From: Antedon mediterranea
Lineage: Eukaryota > Animalia > Echinodermata
Length of the DNA: 64,000 bases
NCBI RefSeq assembly: GCF_964355755.1
Contig: NC_092675.1
Span: forward strand, 18,014,912-18,078,911
Direction of reading: 5' to 3'
Shown here one piece after another: positions 27,501 through 36,765 of the stretch (the first letter of the stretch is position 1; each line of letters begins with the position of its first letter). The notes under the pieces were generated by a model. The model did no database searches and was not told the DNA's origin. It worked only from the letters and a program-made list of their open reading frames with translations. Both the position numbers and the translations under genes were made by a program.

Positions 27501-27712
27501 TTGAAAGACTAACCTGCTGGAGTAGACTCTACATTTTCACATGTGTAAACGTTTCCATTATTTAGAACAAAGACAGTTTGGTGATTGCCACATGCTATTT
27601 GTTGAATGGAACGGTTATTCAATATTTTTAACTCTTTGAAGACTGGACTAGCAGCAGCATCCTGGTGATCATGTTTAACAGGATTCAAGCAGAACACTCT
27701 TGATGATGTCAT
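8568..27712 (-). CDS. Small HERC-family E3 ligase paralog B (RCC1-like plus HECT), lesioned and possibly a pseudogene
   Basis: About 20 exons from MTSSRVFC (27712) to the HECT C-terminus [23 protein letters not shown] (8568). HECT exons at 12264-12502, 11316-11410, 10874-10990, 10318-10509, 9589-9773 and 9118-9223. Deletion of RLD exons at about 26190, a duplicated exon and a displaced promoter. Confidence 0.88.
13632..13794. mobile_element. Harbinger-type MITE family copy 1
   Basis: TIR agctctgtctaca.tatcaaac / gtttgatagtgtagacagaact, TSD TTA. Other copies at 55713, 59789 and 61968. Confidence 0.8.
14689..15560 (-). mobile_element. Partial Helentron-associated (HINE/DINE-like) element, same family as 23799-25272
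   Basis: Reverse-complement similarity to the 3' part of 23799-25272, including the subterminal repeat (ttagctatccgca) and terminal CTAG. Confidence 0.7.
16030..16990 (-). mobile_element. 5'-truncated non-LTR retrotransposon (Rex1/Babar-like RT C-terminus)
   Basis: GVPQG and FADD motifs near 16850-16955. ORF 16161-16724 reads IIDFR..YKYLG..KLSW..H. Short (cttat)n tail and a frameshift near 16750. Confidence 0.8.
18105..18786. mobile_element. Tc1/mariner-type MITE
   Basis: TIRs ccgtaaaacctcgaa.agaagcccatggg, TA TSD, internal cgaaaagaagccc repeats. Related fragment at about 54868-54965. Confidence 0.8.
21270..25800 (+). mobile_element. Decayed L1/Tx1-like LINE ORF2 (endonuclease, RT, Zn-knuckle), antisense within a HERC B intron
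   Basis: Motifs DIILLQETH, SRGVSIL, RLDYWLIS, SDHQAI (APE endonuclease); KSPGTDG, CPLSALLF, LADDT (RT, middle deleted); FKLLHKILPT..CEYC..H..C. Several frameshifts, interrupted at 23799-25272. Confidence 0.9.
23799..25272 (+). mobile_element. Helentron-associated non-autonomous element (HINE/DINE-like)
   Basis: Subterminal inverted repeats tagttatccgca / tgcggataacta, 5' hairpin agttatccgc-attca-gcggataact, 3' stem-loop ctcgtca-aag-tgacgag then CTAGT. Inserted at TT with no TSD. Removing it rejoins the LINE frame (AFFN|FKLLH). Confidence 0.8.
27281..27432. repeat. Short tandem triplication (about 55-bp unit) covering a splice acceptor of HERC B
   Basis: cactgcaaa..gacaaaactacttt..ggtcagaagaa occurs three times. 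Confidence 0.75.
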
Positions 27713-28220
27713 TCTTAGGTGAGGTCCAAACTGTCTAACACCTAGAATGTCAAGTCTAACATGGGGATATATTGGTGTTTATTATTTTGTATCGTCTAAT
27801 GCCAATTCTTCTATGGCATGGTCGACCATGTCTCTGCTGTTAATTTTAACAAAATTAAGGAGTGCTTGCTGACAAATGGAATGGACACGTGGTCGACCGT
27901 GATGACAGACCACACCAAACATTGACTATCGGCTTAGTCGACTAATTTACAAGCACATGCCTAAAAAAGTGTAAATCATGCTACACAACAAAATTAATAA
28001 TTTTCAATAGACCTGAGTGAAAAACATCATCAGACACAAGAAATATTCCCGTATGTTTATTCCCCTTCTTTGACCTCATATGCATGCTTATTAGGCAATG
28101 ACACACATTCATACTGTAAAAGTTAGCTTACCTAACCTAATCTGTACTCAGAGTGCAATGAAATCGTTAGACTGCTGGTCTACTGTAGGCCTAGCTTTAG
28201 AATTTGTAACTATTTCTTAC

Positions 28221-28290
28221 CTGTTTCACTTAAAATATAACTATCTTTATTTCATTCGTGAGCACTGCACAGCTTACAACAATATACTTC
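28221..28290 (-). other. Non-coding exon 1 of HERC copy B
   Basis: ttcttacctgtttcac..ttatttcattcgtgag..acagcttaca..aatatac matches 6258-6340 and 49973-50032. Confidence 0.7.
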
Positions 28291-28961
28291 AGTCAGTCCA
28301 GTAAAAAATCACCCTCACCATGGTATAAGAACGTACCCTAATAAAATTTCATCCGTAGGTTCTATGTATATAGGTAATAACATTTCTTGATGTTGCGTCT
28401 TGCAAAACTTGGGATTTTACAAGAAAATTAGACTTTTATACCCAATTTATAACCGCCTCATGTCGTATTATTGTGTACAGCGAATGCGACGAAGCGTGAC
28501 TGAAATTACGAGACGCCGTTAGCGCCCGTTGAAAAATGCATTAACAAAGCTAAAAACCTACAAAATTAATAGTTTATACAATAATTTAAATATAGTTTAC
28601 AATAAATTGTATAATAAAATACATAACATATAAAGAAAACCCAATTATAAACTAAAATATTTACAGATATGTGTTTAAAAATGTACAAATCAAAATGGCC
28701 TTCCATAAAATAAAGTGCGCCCTCACGCGTCATACTTTTATCGGACTTGCATGGATGATTATATACAAGGCATTAATATACGAAACCCGATGCGGTTTGT
28801 TAGTTATTGCCTCTGCAAAAGGCAGAATATTATTATTATTATATTTTCACAAATATATTTCTAGTTTAGGATTGTATATATTTAAACACATTACAACCTC
28901 CAGTCTACCATCATGATGGATTAAGTGAAGCGCCGTATTGTATCTGCTAAAGCGTAATGAG

Positions 28962-29862
28962 TCAAGTTCAAGTTCAAGTTCAAATTTATTCACATAATGC
29001 AAACATATACAAAATATAAAAGATACAAGTGGTTGGAAATTAAGTAAATAATAGTTGCATTATGCCTGGAGAATACCATTTAAACCCCAAGGGGCTTTAA
29101 GCCTGGATCCACCAGAAAGAATAAAAAAGTTAAAAATGATAATAATAAGCAAAGTGATGGTACGCTACTGACAGACAGAGACGGACATGTACGACGATAC
29201 AAACACGACAAGGACGACAGGAAGGACAAACTGTATTTATATGATTTGCCTAATTAAATTTAATTATAAGTTATTAATATGATCAAAATAATTAATTTAC
29301 TTTATATTTTGATATTAGATAAGATTTGTAGTTTATTTTTAGAGTATTATTTGTTTTGCTATTAGTTATTGACGGATTAAGAGAGTTCCAAAGTAGGGGA
29401 CCGGTATGTAGTATAGAGTTAAGTATTTGCTTACTGCTATAGTTTTTGGAAATGTAGTTGTTTGCGTTCCTAGTGTTATATTTGTGTAGTTCGTTATTTT
29501 TAGTGAAGAAACCGTTGAAAGTGGATGGTAGTTTGTTATTTGAGTACCTAAACATGAAGAGGGCAGTTTGCAATTTATTAATGTCAAAAATGTTTAGGGT
29601 ATTTAGGGTGTGAAAAAGAGGTTTAGAGTGGGAGAGGTATTTTGAGAGAGTGCAAATGCGAAGGGCCTTTTTTTGGAGTTTGAAAAGTTTGTCTATTTTG
29701 GTTGTTTCCGTGCTGGTCCATGGACAGAGAGTTCGATGTTTTGAGTTAGTGGCTGCCCATGCAATGTTGCAGTAAGAGAGATGTGGAAGTATTAGAGTAT
29801 TATATAAAGAAAAAAGGATGTTAGACGGAAGAGTGAATTTAAGTTTATTTAGTATGCCAATA
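28962..29862 (-). mobile_element. 3' fragment of a CR1/L2-group LINE
   Basis: RT C-terminal text (LYNTLILPHLSYCNIAW; H.YNTR..GPLLWNSL), then AATAAA and a (ttgaac)n tail. Confidence 0.75.
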
Positions 29863-30024
29863 GTTCTCTGTCTCGGTATACAACACGCGAGACAGACACA
29901 ACAATGATCTCCTAGTTATCTGGTTAGCCTATATTCTGGACATTCTTTTTTTCACAGCATTACTTGCGCGGATATCACAATGCATTGTTTATTCGCGATT
30001 ATAGTCAATGTTAACTTGAGTAAG

Positions 30025-30594
30025 CCGCGCAATCAGTAACATGCCGTGCATTCATCGCGCGTTGTATATCGAGAGAACGAATGAAAATCTTTTTTTTTTT
30101 TTTACTTCGAGAAGAAGCAATACACCGTCTCTTTACCGATCGAGTTGATAAGGTCGTGCAATCAGTAACAGGCATAACATGCCGTGCATTCATCGCGTGT
30201 TGTATACCGAGAGGACGAATTAAAATCTTGTTTACTTCGAGAAGCAATACACCGTCTCTTTACCGATCGAGTTGATACGGTCGCGCAATCAGTAACAGGC
30301 ATAACATGCCGTGCATTCATCGCGTGTTGTATACCGAGACAGAGAACGAATGAAAATCTTGTTTACTTCGAGAAGAAGCAATACACCGTCTCTTTACCGA
30401 TCGAGTTGATAAGGTCGTGCAATCAGTAACAGGCATAACATGCCGTGCATTCATCGCGTGTTGTATACCGAGAGGACGAATTAAAATCTTGTTTACTTCG
30501 AGAAGCAATACACCGTCTCTTTACCGATCGAGTTGATAAGGGCGCGCAATGAATAACAGGCATAACATGCCGTGCATTCATCGCGTGTTGTATA
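30025..30594. repeat. Tandem repeat, about 130-bp unit, about 4.5 copies with an alternating two-unit pattern
   Basis: tttacttcga recurs at 30101, 30231, 30362 and 30492. Units alternate gaagaagc/gaagc variants. Confidence 0.9.
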
Positions 30595-31403
30595 TGTTAT
30601 GCGCGATTTGAACGATTTGCGCAATTTGAAATTGCGCAAAAAAAATCCTTGCGCAATTTGAATTGAAACATGTGTTTCAAATTGCGCAAGCAACGTATTA
30701 AATTGCGCAAGTAATCTGCAAATTGCGCAAGGTTTTTCGACAGATTGTGAAATCATGCACACCCATATTTTTATAGTATTTAATTTCTAAGAATGATTCA
30801 AAATTAAAGATAAATATCGCATTTCCTTATTTTAGTAGTGCAAATATTGTTATAAGTTAGCATACCGTCGAAGAACCGACGAAGGAAAACGAAGCGGTGG
30901 TGTTCCACCAGGCGGGCGCGGCGCGGGCGGCCGGCTATACTAGGCCTACTCTAGCCTAGCTAGGGTCTGGACTACTGATACTGACTAGGTTACATGGCCT
31001 AGCTTAAACTAATATTAAAAACTTAAAAAGTGAGTATTAAACATTATCTTCATTGAAATGGTCTTATTTATATAATAAAATACTAAATTTTAAACTCCTC
31101 TGCCTAGGCCTAGCCTAGCCATGTATGGGAAAATTTACAGTTCGTTTTCAAATTGCGCAAAGGTGTCATATTGCGCAAGAACTATCTTGCGCAATTTACA
31201 AATTGTGCAGCGCAATTTAAAATTGCGCAAAGATTTTCTTGCGCAATTTGAAATTGCGCAAGTTGATTGCGCAATTTGAAATTGCGCAAAAAAATCCTTG
31301 CGCAATTTTAAATTGCGCAAGAATTCTTTGCGCAATTTCAAATTGCGCAAGGATTTTTTTGCGCAATTTCAAATTGCGCAAATCGTTCAAATCGCGCATA
31401 ACA
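30595..31403. mobile_element. Foldback-like MITE with AATTGCGCAA arrays
   Basis: Long TIRs tgttatgcgcgatttgaacgatttgcgcaatttgaaattgcgcaaaaaaa, flanked by TA/TATA. Interrupts the end of the 130-bp array. Confidence 0.8.
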
Positions 31404-31629
31404 TATATATACAATAATGTTTATAACTTTCCAGATCATACTTCTTATTCTATTCGATTACAGTTTCTAATGATAGCATACTTCAGGAAACAGCGCGAGT
31501 CAATGTTTTCAAGCATTCAGTTCACCCAAACGGAGAGAGAACACTACCCGTTCCCTCTTCTTGTATACGATATGTTCGTAACCTTCTAGATGATACTTCT
31601 TACTCTATTGGTATTACAGTTTCTAATCA

Positions 31630-32625
31630 TACTTTTGGAATGTTTCTGATTGTTCTTATAATAATTATTATACACGGTTTCTTAAAATCTAAACACATTC
31701 TAGAATATCCATGTACATGTTACTGTATAATGTTAGAAACTTTTATGATGACGGTTAAACATATTCAATACCGAGTGGCAGAGGCACGCATTATAGGCGA
31801 GATATATTATCTAACTTGCCGTTTAAGACAATTGCATTTGTTCGATGTATGAAATGACCCTTTAACAGTTTTATGAGAAAATTATTCTTCAATACACCCG
31901 CACCAAAGAGGACAGTGCGTGTCTGTTATTGTAAACGCTTTCAACTTGGTCATCTGTCATCGATAATTCTTTAGAACAAAAAAGAGACAGAAAACTGGTA
32001 CCCGTTTGCATTTGTTCGATATATGAAATGACCCTTTAACAGTTTTATGACAAAATTATTCTTCAATACACCCAGCACAAAGGAGGACAGTGTATGTCTC
32101 TTATTGTAAACGCATTCAACTTGGTCATCAATCATTCGTTCGATATTTCTTTAGAACAAAAATAATAGATACTTTTGGAATGTTTTTATAATAATTATTA
32201 TACACGGTTTCTTAAAATCTAAACACATTCTAGAATGTTCATTTAGGTGTTACAGTATATAAAATTAGGAAATAGTAATTCATTACCTCTACCGCTCTCA
32301 ATCACATGATAATCTTTTAACGAAGGAGGGTGAGTTGAAATTGGTTTAGAACTTGATACCAAGGTTCATTATACGATGGCAAACGATGCCAAAACATTTT
32401 CAATACCGATACAGTTGCCAAAGGTGCGCATTATAGGCGCGTTATAATATCTAACTTGCCGTTTAAGACAATTGCATTCGTTCGATGTATGAAATGACGT
32501 CCTTTAACAGTTTTATGACAAAACTATTCTTTAATACCCACGCACCAAGGACAGTGTATGTATTTTATTGTAAACGCATTAAACTTGGCCATTTAGAATT
32601 CGTTCGATAATTCTTTAGAAAAAAA
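31630..32625. repeat. Imperfect direct repeats (three copies of a 170-190-bp block plus two copies of a shorter block)
   Basis: ttgcatt.gttcgat.tatgaaatgac..ttgtaaacgc..ttctttagaa at about 31830, 32005 and 32470. acttttggaatgttt..aaacacattctagaat at 31631 and 32171. Confidence 0.75.
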
Positions 32626-32816
32626 AAACAACAACAAAATCATTACATTACAATGCGTGTACCAAAACACCTGATCATACAAAATGCAAGACAGAAAAAA
32701 TTATTTATATGCACATATTATTTATTTTTGAAAAAGAAACATAATCATTCAACAACAACAACGCTGTTATATATGTATTATCAAATACAAATGTTTTCAA
32801 CTGCCTCTCGCTTGAA

Positions 32817-33218
32817 TCACATGATATCTTGTAACGAAGGAGGGTGAGTGGAATGATTAGGTAGACTTGAGTTCAAGGTCCATATGATGCAAACGACGAC
32901 GATGATGATGATTCCAAACAGCAATCCTGCAATAGACCATCTCTTTGCCGATCGTGCTGATCTGGCTGCACCCTCACTGTCACCGTAGTCGAACTTTCTC
33001 GAACTCTGTAAAAGTAAAAGAATAGAAACTAAAATAGATTTAAAAAATAAAACAAGTGGTGATGGGATGAGGTTGTAGAGGAAATAGATTACTTACATCT
33101 ACGCTGTACACGATTCCTATAATACCGAATGGAATACAGCATAATAAAGTCACGAGTATAGCTGAAATCAGGTAATATTGTTAGGTCTTCTCGCCACTAT
33201 ACGTGAAACAGATTGCAT
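32817..33218 (-). pseudogene. IFITM/CD225 (dispanin) family gene, two exons, one 2-nt frameshift
   Basis: Exon 1 33218-33097: MQSVSRIVARRPNN[+AT]YLISAILVTLLCCIPFGIIGIVYSVD. Intron 33096-33006 (gtaagt..ttttacag, phase 0). Exon 2 33005-32817: SSRKFDYGDSEGAARSARSAKRWSIAGLLFGIIIIVVVCIIW..*. CC pair, GDxxGA motif and C-terminal TM segment are CD225 hallmarks. Confidence 0.85.
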
Positions 33219-33380
33219 GACAAAAGCATTCTCTTTCTCTCCAATGTACACGTACACAAATACACTCTAATCGATACTCTTATTGCATTACGAAAAACAG
33301 CAGCGTGAACAAACAAAAAACAAAAAACAACGCATCATCTTCAAATGGTAGTCAACACCGCTTATTCAAGCTGGACGTTG

Positions 33381-33435
33381 ATTGGCTGTTTGGGTCTATA
33401 TACGTTAACTCGCTCACCGCCGTGCATTCGTCAGT
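33381..33435 (+). promoter_or_regulatory. Putative Pol II core promoter
   Basis: ATTGG (reverse CCAAT) at 33381, TATATA at 33397, TCAGT at 33431, then ATG at 33443. Confidence 0.4.
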
Positions 33436-33442
33436 AGTCATC

Positions 33443-33880
33443 ATGGATCATTGCGATATGGACATGTTTTTAGAAAACCTATTATTGTTCAATTCAACAG
33501 ACGACGACATATTAAAGACGGCAATGTTGGAATTGCAAGACCCGGTCGAACCAGTTTTCATGGAGTACCAACAAGAAGATGATATAGCATCAGAACAACA
33601 ACCACACCCATCACCACCACCACCGACGCCGCAAGAATCAACAAAGGCAAACACGATGATAAATGTTCGAGGCAGTCTCGGTAAACTAATTGCTTTCTGC
33701 GATGGATCTGACCATACACTAACGCAATCATACGGTCGAATGATCGGATCTTTGCAAAAGGCAAAAGGACGCATGCACGAGATGCCAATGTTATTGATGT
33801 GTACGGACGGTGAAGAAGAGTACGCGGCCGGTTGTTGCAAGTGTTCTGGAATCATCGCGACTTGTCGAATCTACAGTTGA
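33443..33880 (+). CDS. Hypothetical protein (acidic and Pro-rich N-half, Cys-rich end), possibly extending through stops to 34042
   Basis: Intronless ORF in a CpG-rich segment with a promoter-like upstream region. No family recognised. Confidence 0.45.
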   Translation: MDHCDMDMFLENLLLFNSTDDDILKTAMLELQDPVEPVFMEYQQEDDIASEQQPHPSPPPPTPQESTKANTMINVRGSLGKLIAFCDGSDHTLTQSYGRMIGSLQKAKGRMHEMPMLLMCTDGEEEYAAGCCKCSGIIATCRIYS

Positions 33881-34269
33881 AAATCAAGTCATGAGTGTAC
33901 CAAAGAATATAAATAGGTAAAGAATCAACAGTACGCGCTGTTATACATAGAAGGATAGGAAACGCGGACGCTTATTCATGGACTAGTAAGAATCCAGCAG
34001 CCGAACGACGGCGGGCCGGCTCTAGATATGGTTCCCGTCTAATCCCACGTTTCGATGTATCGTGATGATCTGATGTGTTCTCGCGTCTGTGCTCTACCAA
34101 TTTTGATATTATTAATATTTTGATAATTATTTTGATAAATAATCATCGTTTGCATTTTTATAGATATTTACAATAAAAGTTTTACCTTACCCACGCCTGA
34201 AGGTGGCGCACCTCTTCTAGAGAAAAAGAAATGCGCCACCTTCAGGCGTAGGCAAATAGTAACCCGGAT

Positions 34270-35427
34270 GTGGTTTACACCGCCAACGGAACTGTTGTAT
34301 CTTCTCCTTTTATTATCTTTGAGTGTACTTGGAGAAGACAATATAGGAAAACAATAATGCAGCAATACGGTAGGGACAACGTGTTTATGAACGTTTCTTC
34401 ACGTAATAAAAACTGTGTTGCTGACTTTGTCGGCGCCGATGTATCGACGATGCCCGTGCCGATTTTTGACATAATCAATGGCGACGTGAAACGTACGGCT
34501 GTCTCTACAGTCCACAATGCGATGATGATGTTGCGTCGTCGTCGTCGCCGCTGATGAATGGCGTTCGACTTAGAACTCCAAATGGAGTTGTCTATACGGC
34601 CGCCATCATGCCGATAACTGTAAAACGACGCATGCGACTAGAGTTGACTCTGGAAAACGAGTTGGACAACGGCAAACTGGAAGAGTTGCAAATTACGGTG
34701 ACCAACAACAACCGTATATTCTTATTGCATAAACAAGAAAAAAGAACCTATCACTGCGGTGCTGACATGAAGTATCCCATAACTTTGCACGGTGCCTTTT
34801 CCACACCGTGCAAATCGGAGAAAAAGAATGGTGTTGCCACCGCCATTGCGAATGTTGCCAAAACCAATTCAATCAACAAAACACTATTTGCTAGATTTGT
34901 TGGACGAGCGATGGAATCGCATGCAAGCAGTGATTGGACTGCCATAATAAACATTCTTCAGATATCAGATCAAATGACGGTATTAAAAGAAAAATGTGAG
35001 TACAAACGAAAACGAATCTTAGAAGATTCTCTAATGGACAAGTATCCATCGACGAGAGGTTTCATTAGTGATGTAAATAATCTACCCTCATCTAACATTG
35101 GCATTCAACAACTCGTAAGCCAATTGGAGCAGGCACGCCAACCAAGATTTGCGTGAAACAGAAACAAAACTGACTACTTTACAAACACAATTCAATACCA
35201 TGTTGATAGAATTCCAAAATCATATCACCAAATCGGAAGAAAGAGAAATCAAATATCAACAAGTAATAGAAAATTTGCAAAAACGAGAAACCGATATGGT
35301 TTCTACGTTTCAAGACAGTTTGCTTTCGATGGCCGATACTTTGCGGGATGAGATGCGCCAACAACTGACAAAACGAAAGCATCTTCCTCAATGCGGCAAT
35401 ATTAAGAAAAAACAACGAATCCATTGA
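34270..35427 (+). CDS. Three abutting or overlapping hypothetical ORFs (34270-34554, 34554-35156, 35149-35427), possibly one frameshifted gene
   Basis: Same strand and contiguous. The last ORF looks coiled-coil-like and ends in a basic KRKH..KKKQR stretch. No family recognised. Confidence 0.45.
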
Positions 35428-35879
35428 CTTTTAAAAAAAAAACATTGTTGTTGTTTTTGTAGTAGTAGTTTATTTTGTATTAGTAATTTTTTATTGTACT
35501 GCCGTAATTGTAGTAGTATTAATAGTAGTGATAATAATAATTAAACGTTTGATTATTTCTATTTATAATTTATTGTACAAATCAATGCAATTTTAACGTT
35601 GCGTCTACCTCAATATAATAGTAACAACGAATTAATTAAGAAAACAAAAAATTGTAGTGTAGTAATAATCAATTCAATGCCGCAATAAACATTGTAGTAA
35701 TAGTAGTGATAATACAATTAAACGTTTGAAAGAAAAAAAAAATATTGTGTTTTTCTCTCTTCCAACGCGATGACGACGACAGAATGTTATGTGATTGTGA
35801 GAATGTTGATGAAGAAATGAGGAGAGAGAGAGAGAGACATGGATACGGTTTGCTTAGACACCCATGGATATAGTTTATC

Positions 35880-35992
35880 ATTCTCCCGTATGTAGCCTAG
35901 ATATTACTCATAAATAAATATTTGTCGTATGATTGGAAATTCCGAATTCCCTGTCGTGAATTTCCAAAAGCGTTCTTTCTGAAGAGGGCGCT
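35880..35992 (-). promoter_or_regulatory. Displaced promoter module of HERC copy B
   Basis: aataaatatttgtcgtatgattggaaattcc..tgaatttcc..tttctgaagagggcgct aligns with 6370-6453. Confidence 0.75.
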
Positions 35993-36765
35993 ATACATAT
36001 TATTTTTGGCAGTGAACAATTCTTTTCTGATTTTATATCACAGACTAGTCTGGGCTCCAGACGGAGTTTTTTCTTAATATTAGTAAAAATATAAATATTT
36101 TTGCACATATGGCGTTTCATACGTGTATTACTTTCCGATTTTGGATTGTATTTTCAGATAAAAATCGCGGCAGAAATAAAAACAAATAAATAAAAAACAA
36201 TACAGACTTGGGGCAAGTCTAATCACAGACCAGTATTTTATTAGTCTCAGGAATCGATATTTTGTTGACTGAAATAATGTTTATTTTTTAAAAAGTCTTT
36301 ATTGAAGAGTCTTTTTAATGTTTGCTTTTTTAGTCTGCATGGACATGATCTCTGGAAACAAAACTATAATATGTCTGGTAATACAATGTATCACATACTA
36401 ATTGATAAATGGAGATCATTTCTTTACAATCAGAAAAAAAAGAATATAAAATAAATTAATCACAAGGCTTTTATTTTTGTTCAATGTTTGTGTTACAAAA
36501 TATGGTTTTATAGCATTAGATAAATGCTGAAGCATCGTATTATTGTGTGCGGTTAGGCCTGCTATGTTTCAGCATCAACAAACTCTACAGTTCTACCATA
36601 CAGATATTAAATGGTTGCATCACGTTCGGAAAACATGCGTGTTGATCATCAATAATTATCTAACTAAACCCGCAATTAATGTATTGGTTTTCATTAAAAA
36701 TCAGTATCGACAACAACAACTTCCTACCATATTGAGTACAAATATTATCCTTCAAGATTGATGAC

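Noticed and set aside
29900-29970. Possible decayed CD225 exon 1 on the plus strand (PSYLV..FWTFFF)
   Set aside because: Similarity is too weak, needs a frameshift and lacks the CC motif.
30025-30594. CRISPR-like array
   Set aside because: Units repeat over their whole length with no unique spacers, the context is eukaryotic, and no cas genes are present.
30493-31589. LRNFKLRK-repeat ORFs
   Set aside because: Artefacts of the palindromic AATTGCGCAA arrays.
33448-33855. 135-aa minus-strand ORF
   Set aside because: Antisense shadow of the plus-strand ORF, with no independent support.
28300-35875. Firm call as Maverick/Polinton, Helitron or a named virus
   Set aside because: No TIRs, TSD, pPolB, integrase, capsid or Rep-helicase motifs were recognisable. 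Left unclassified.
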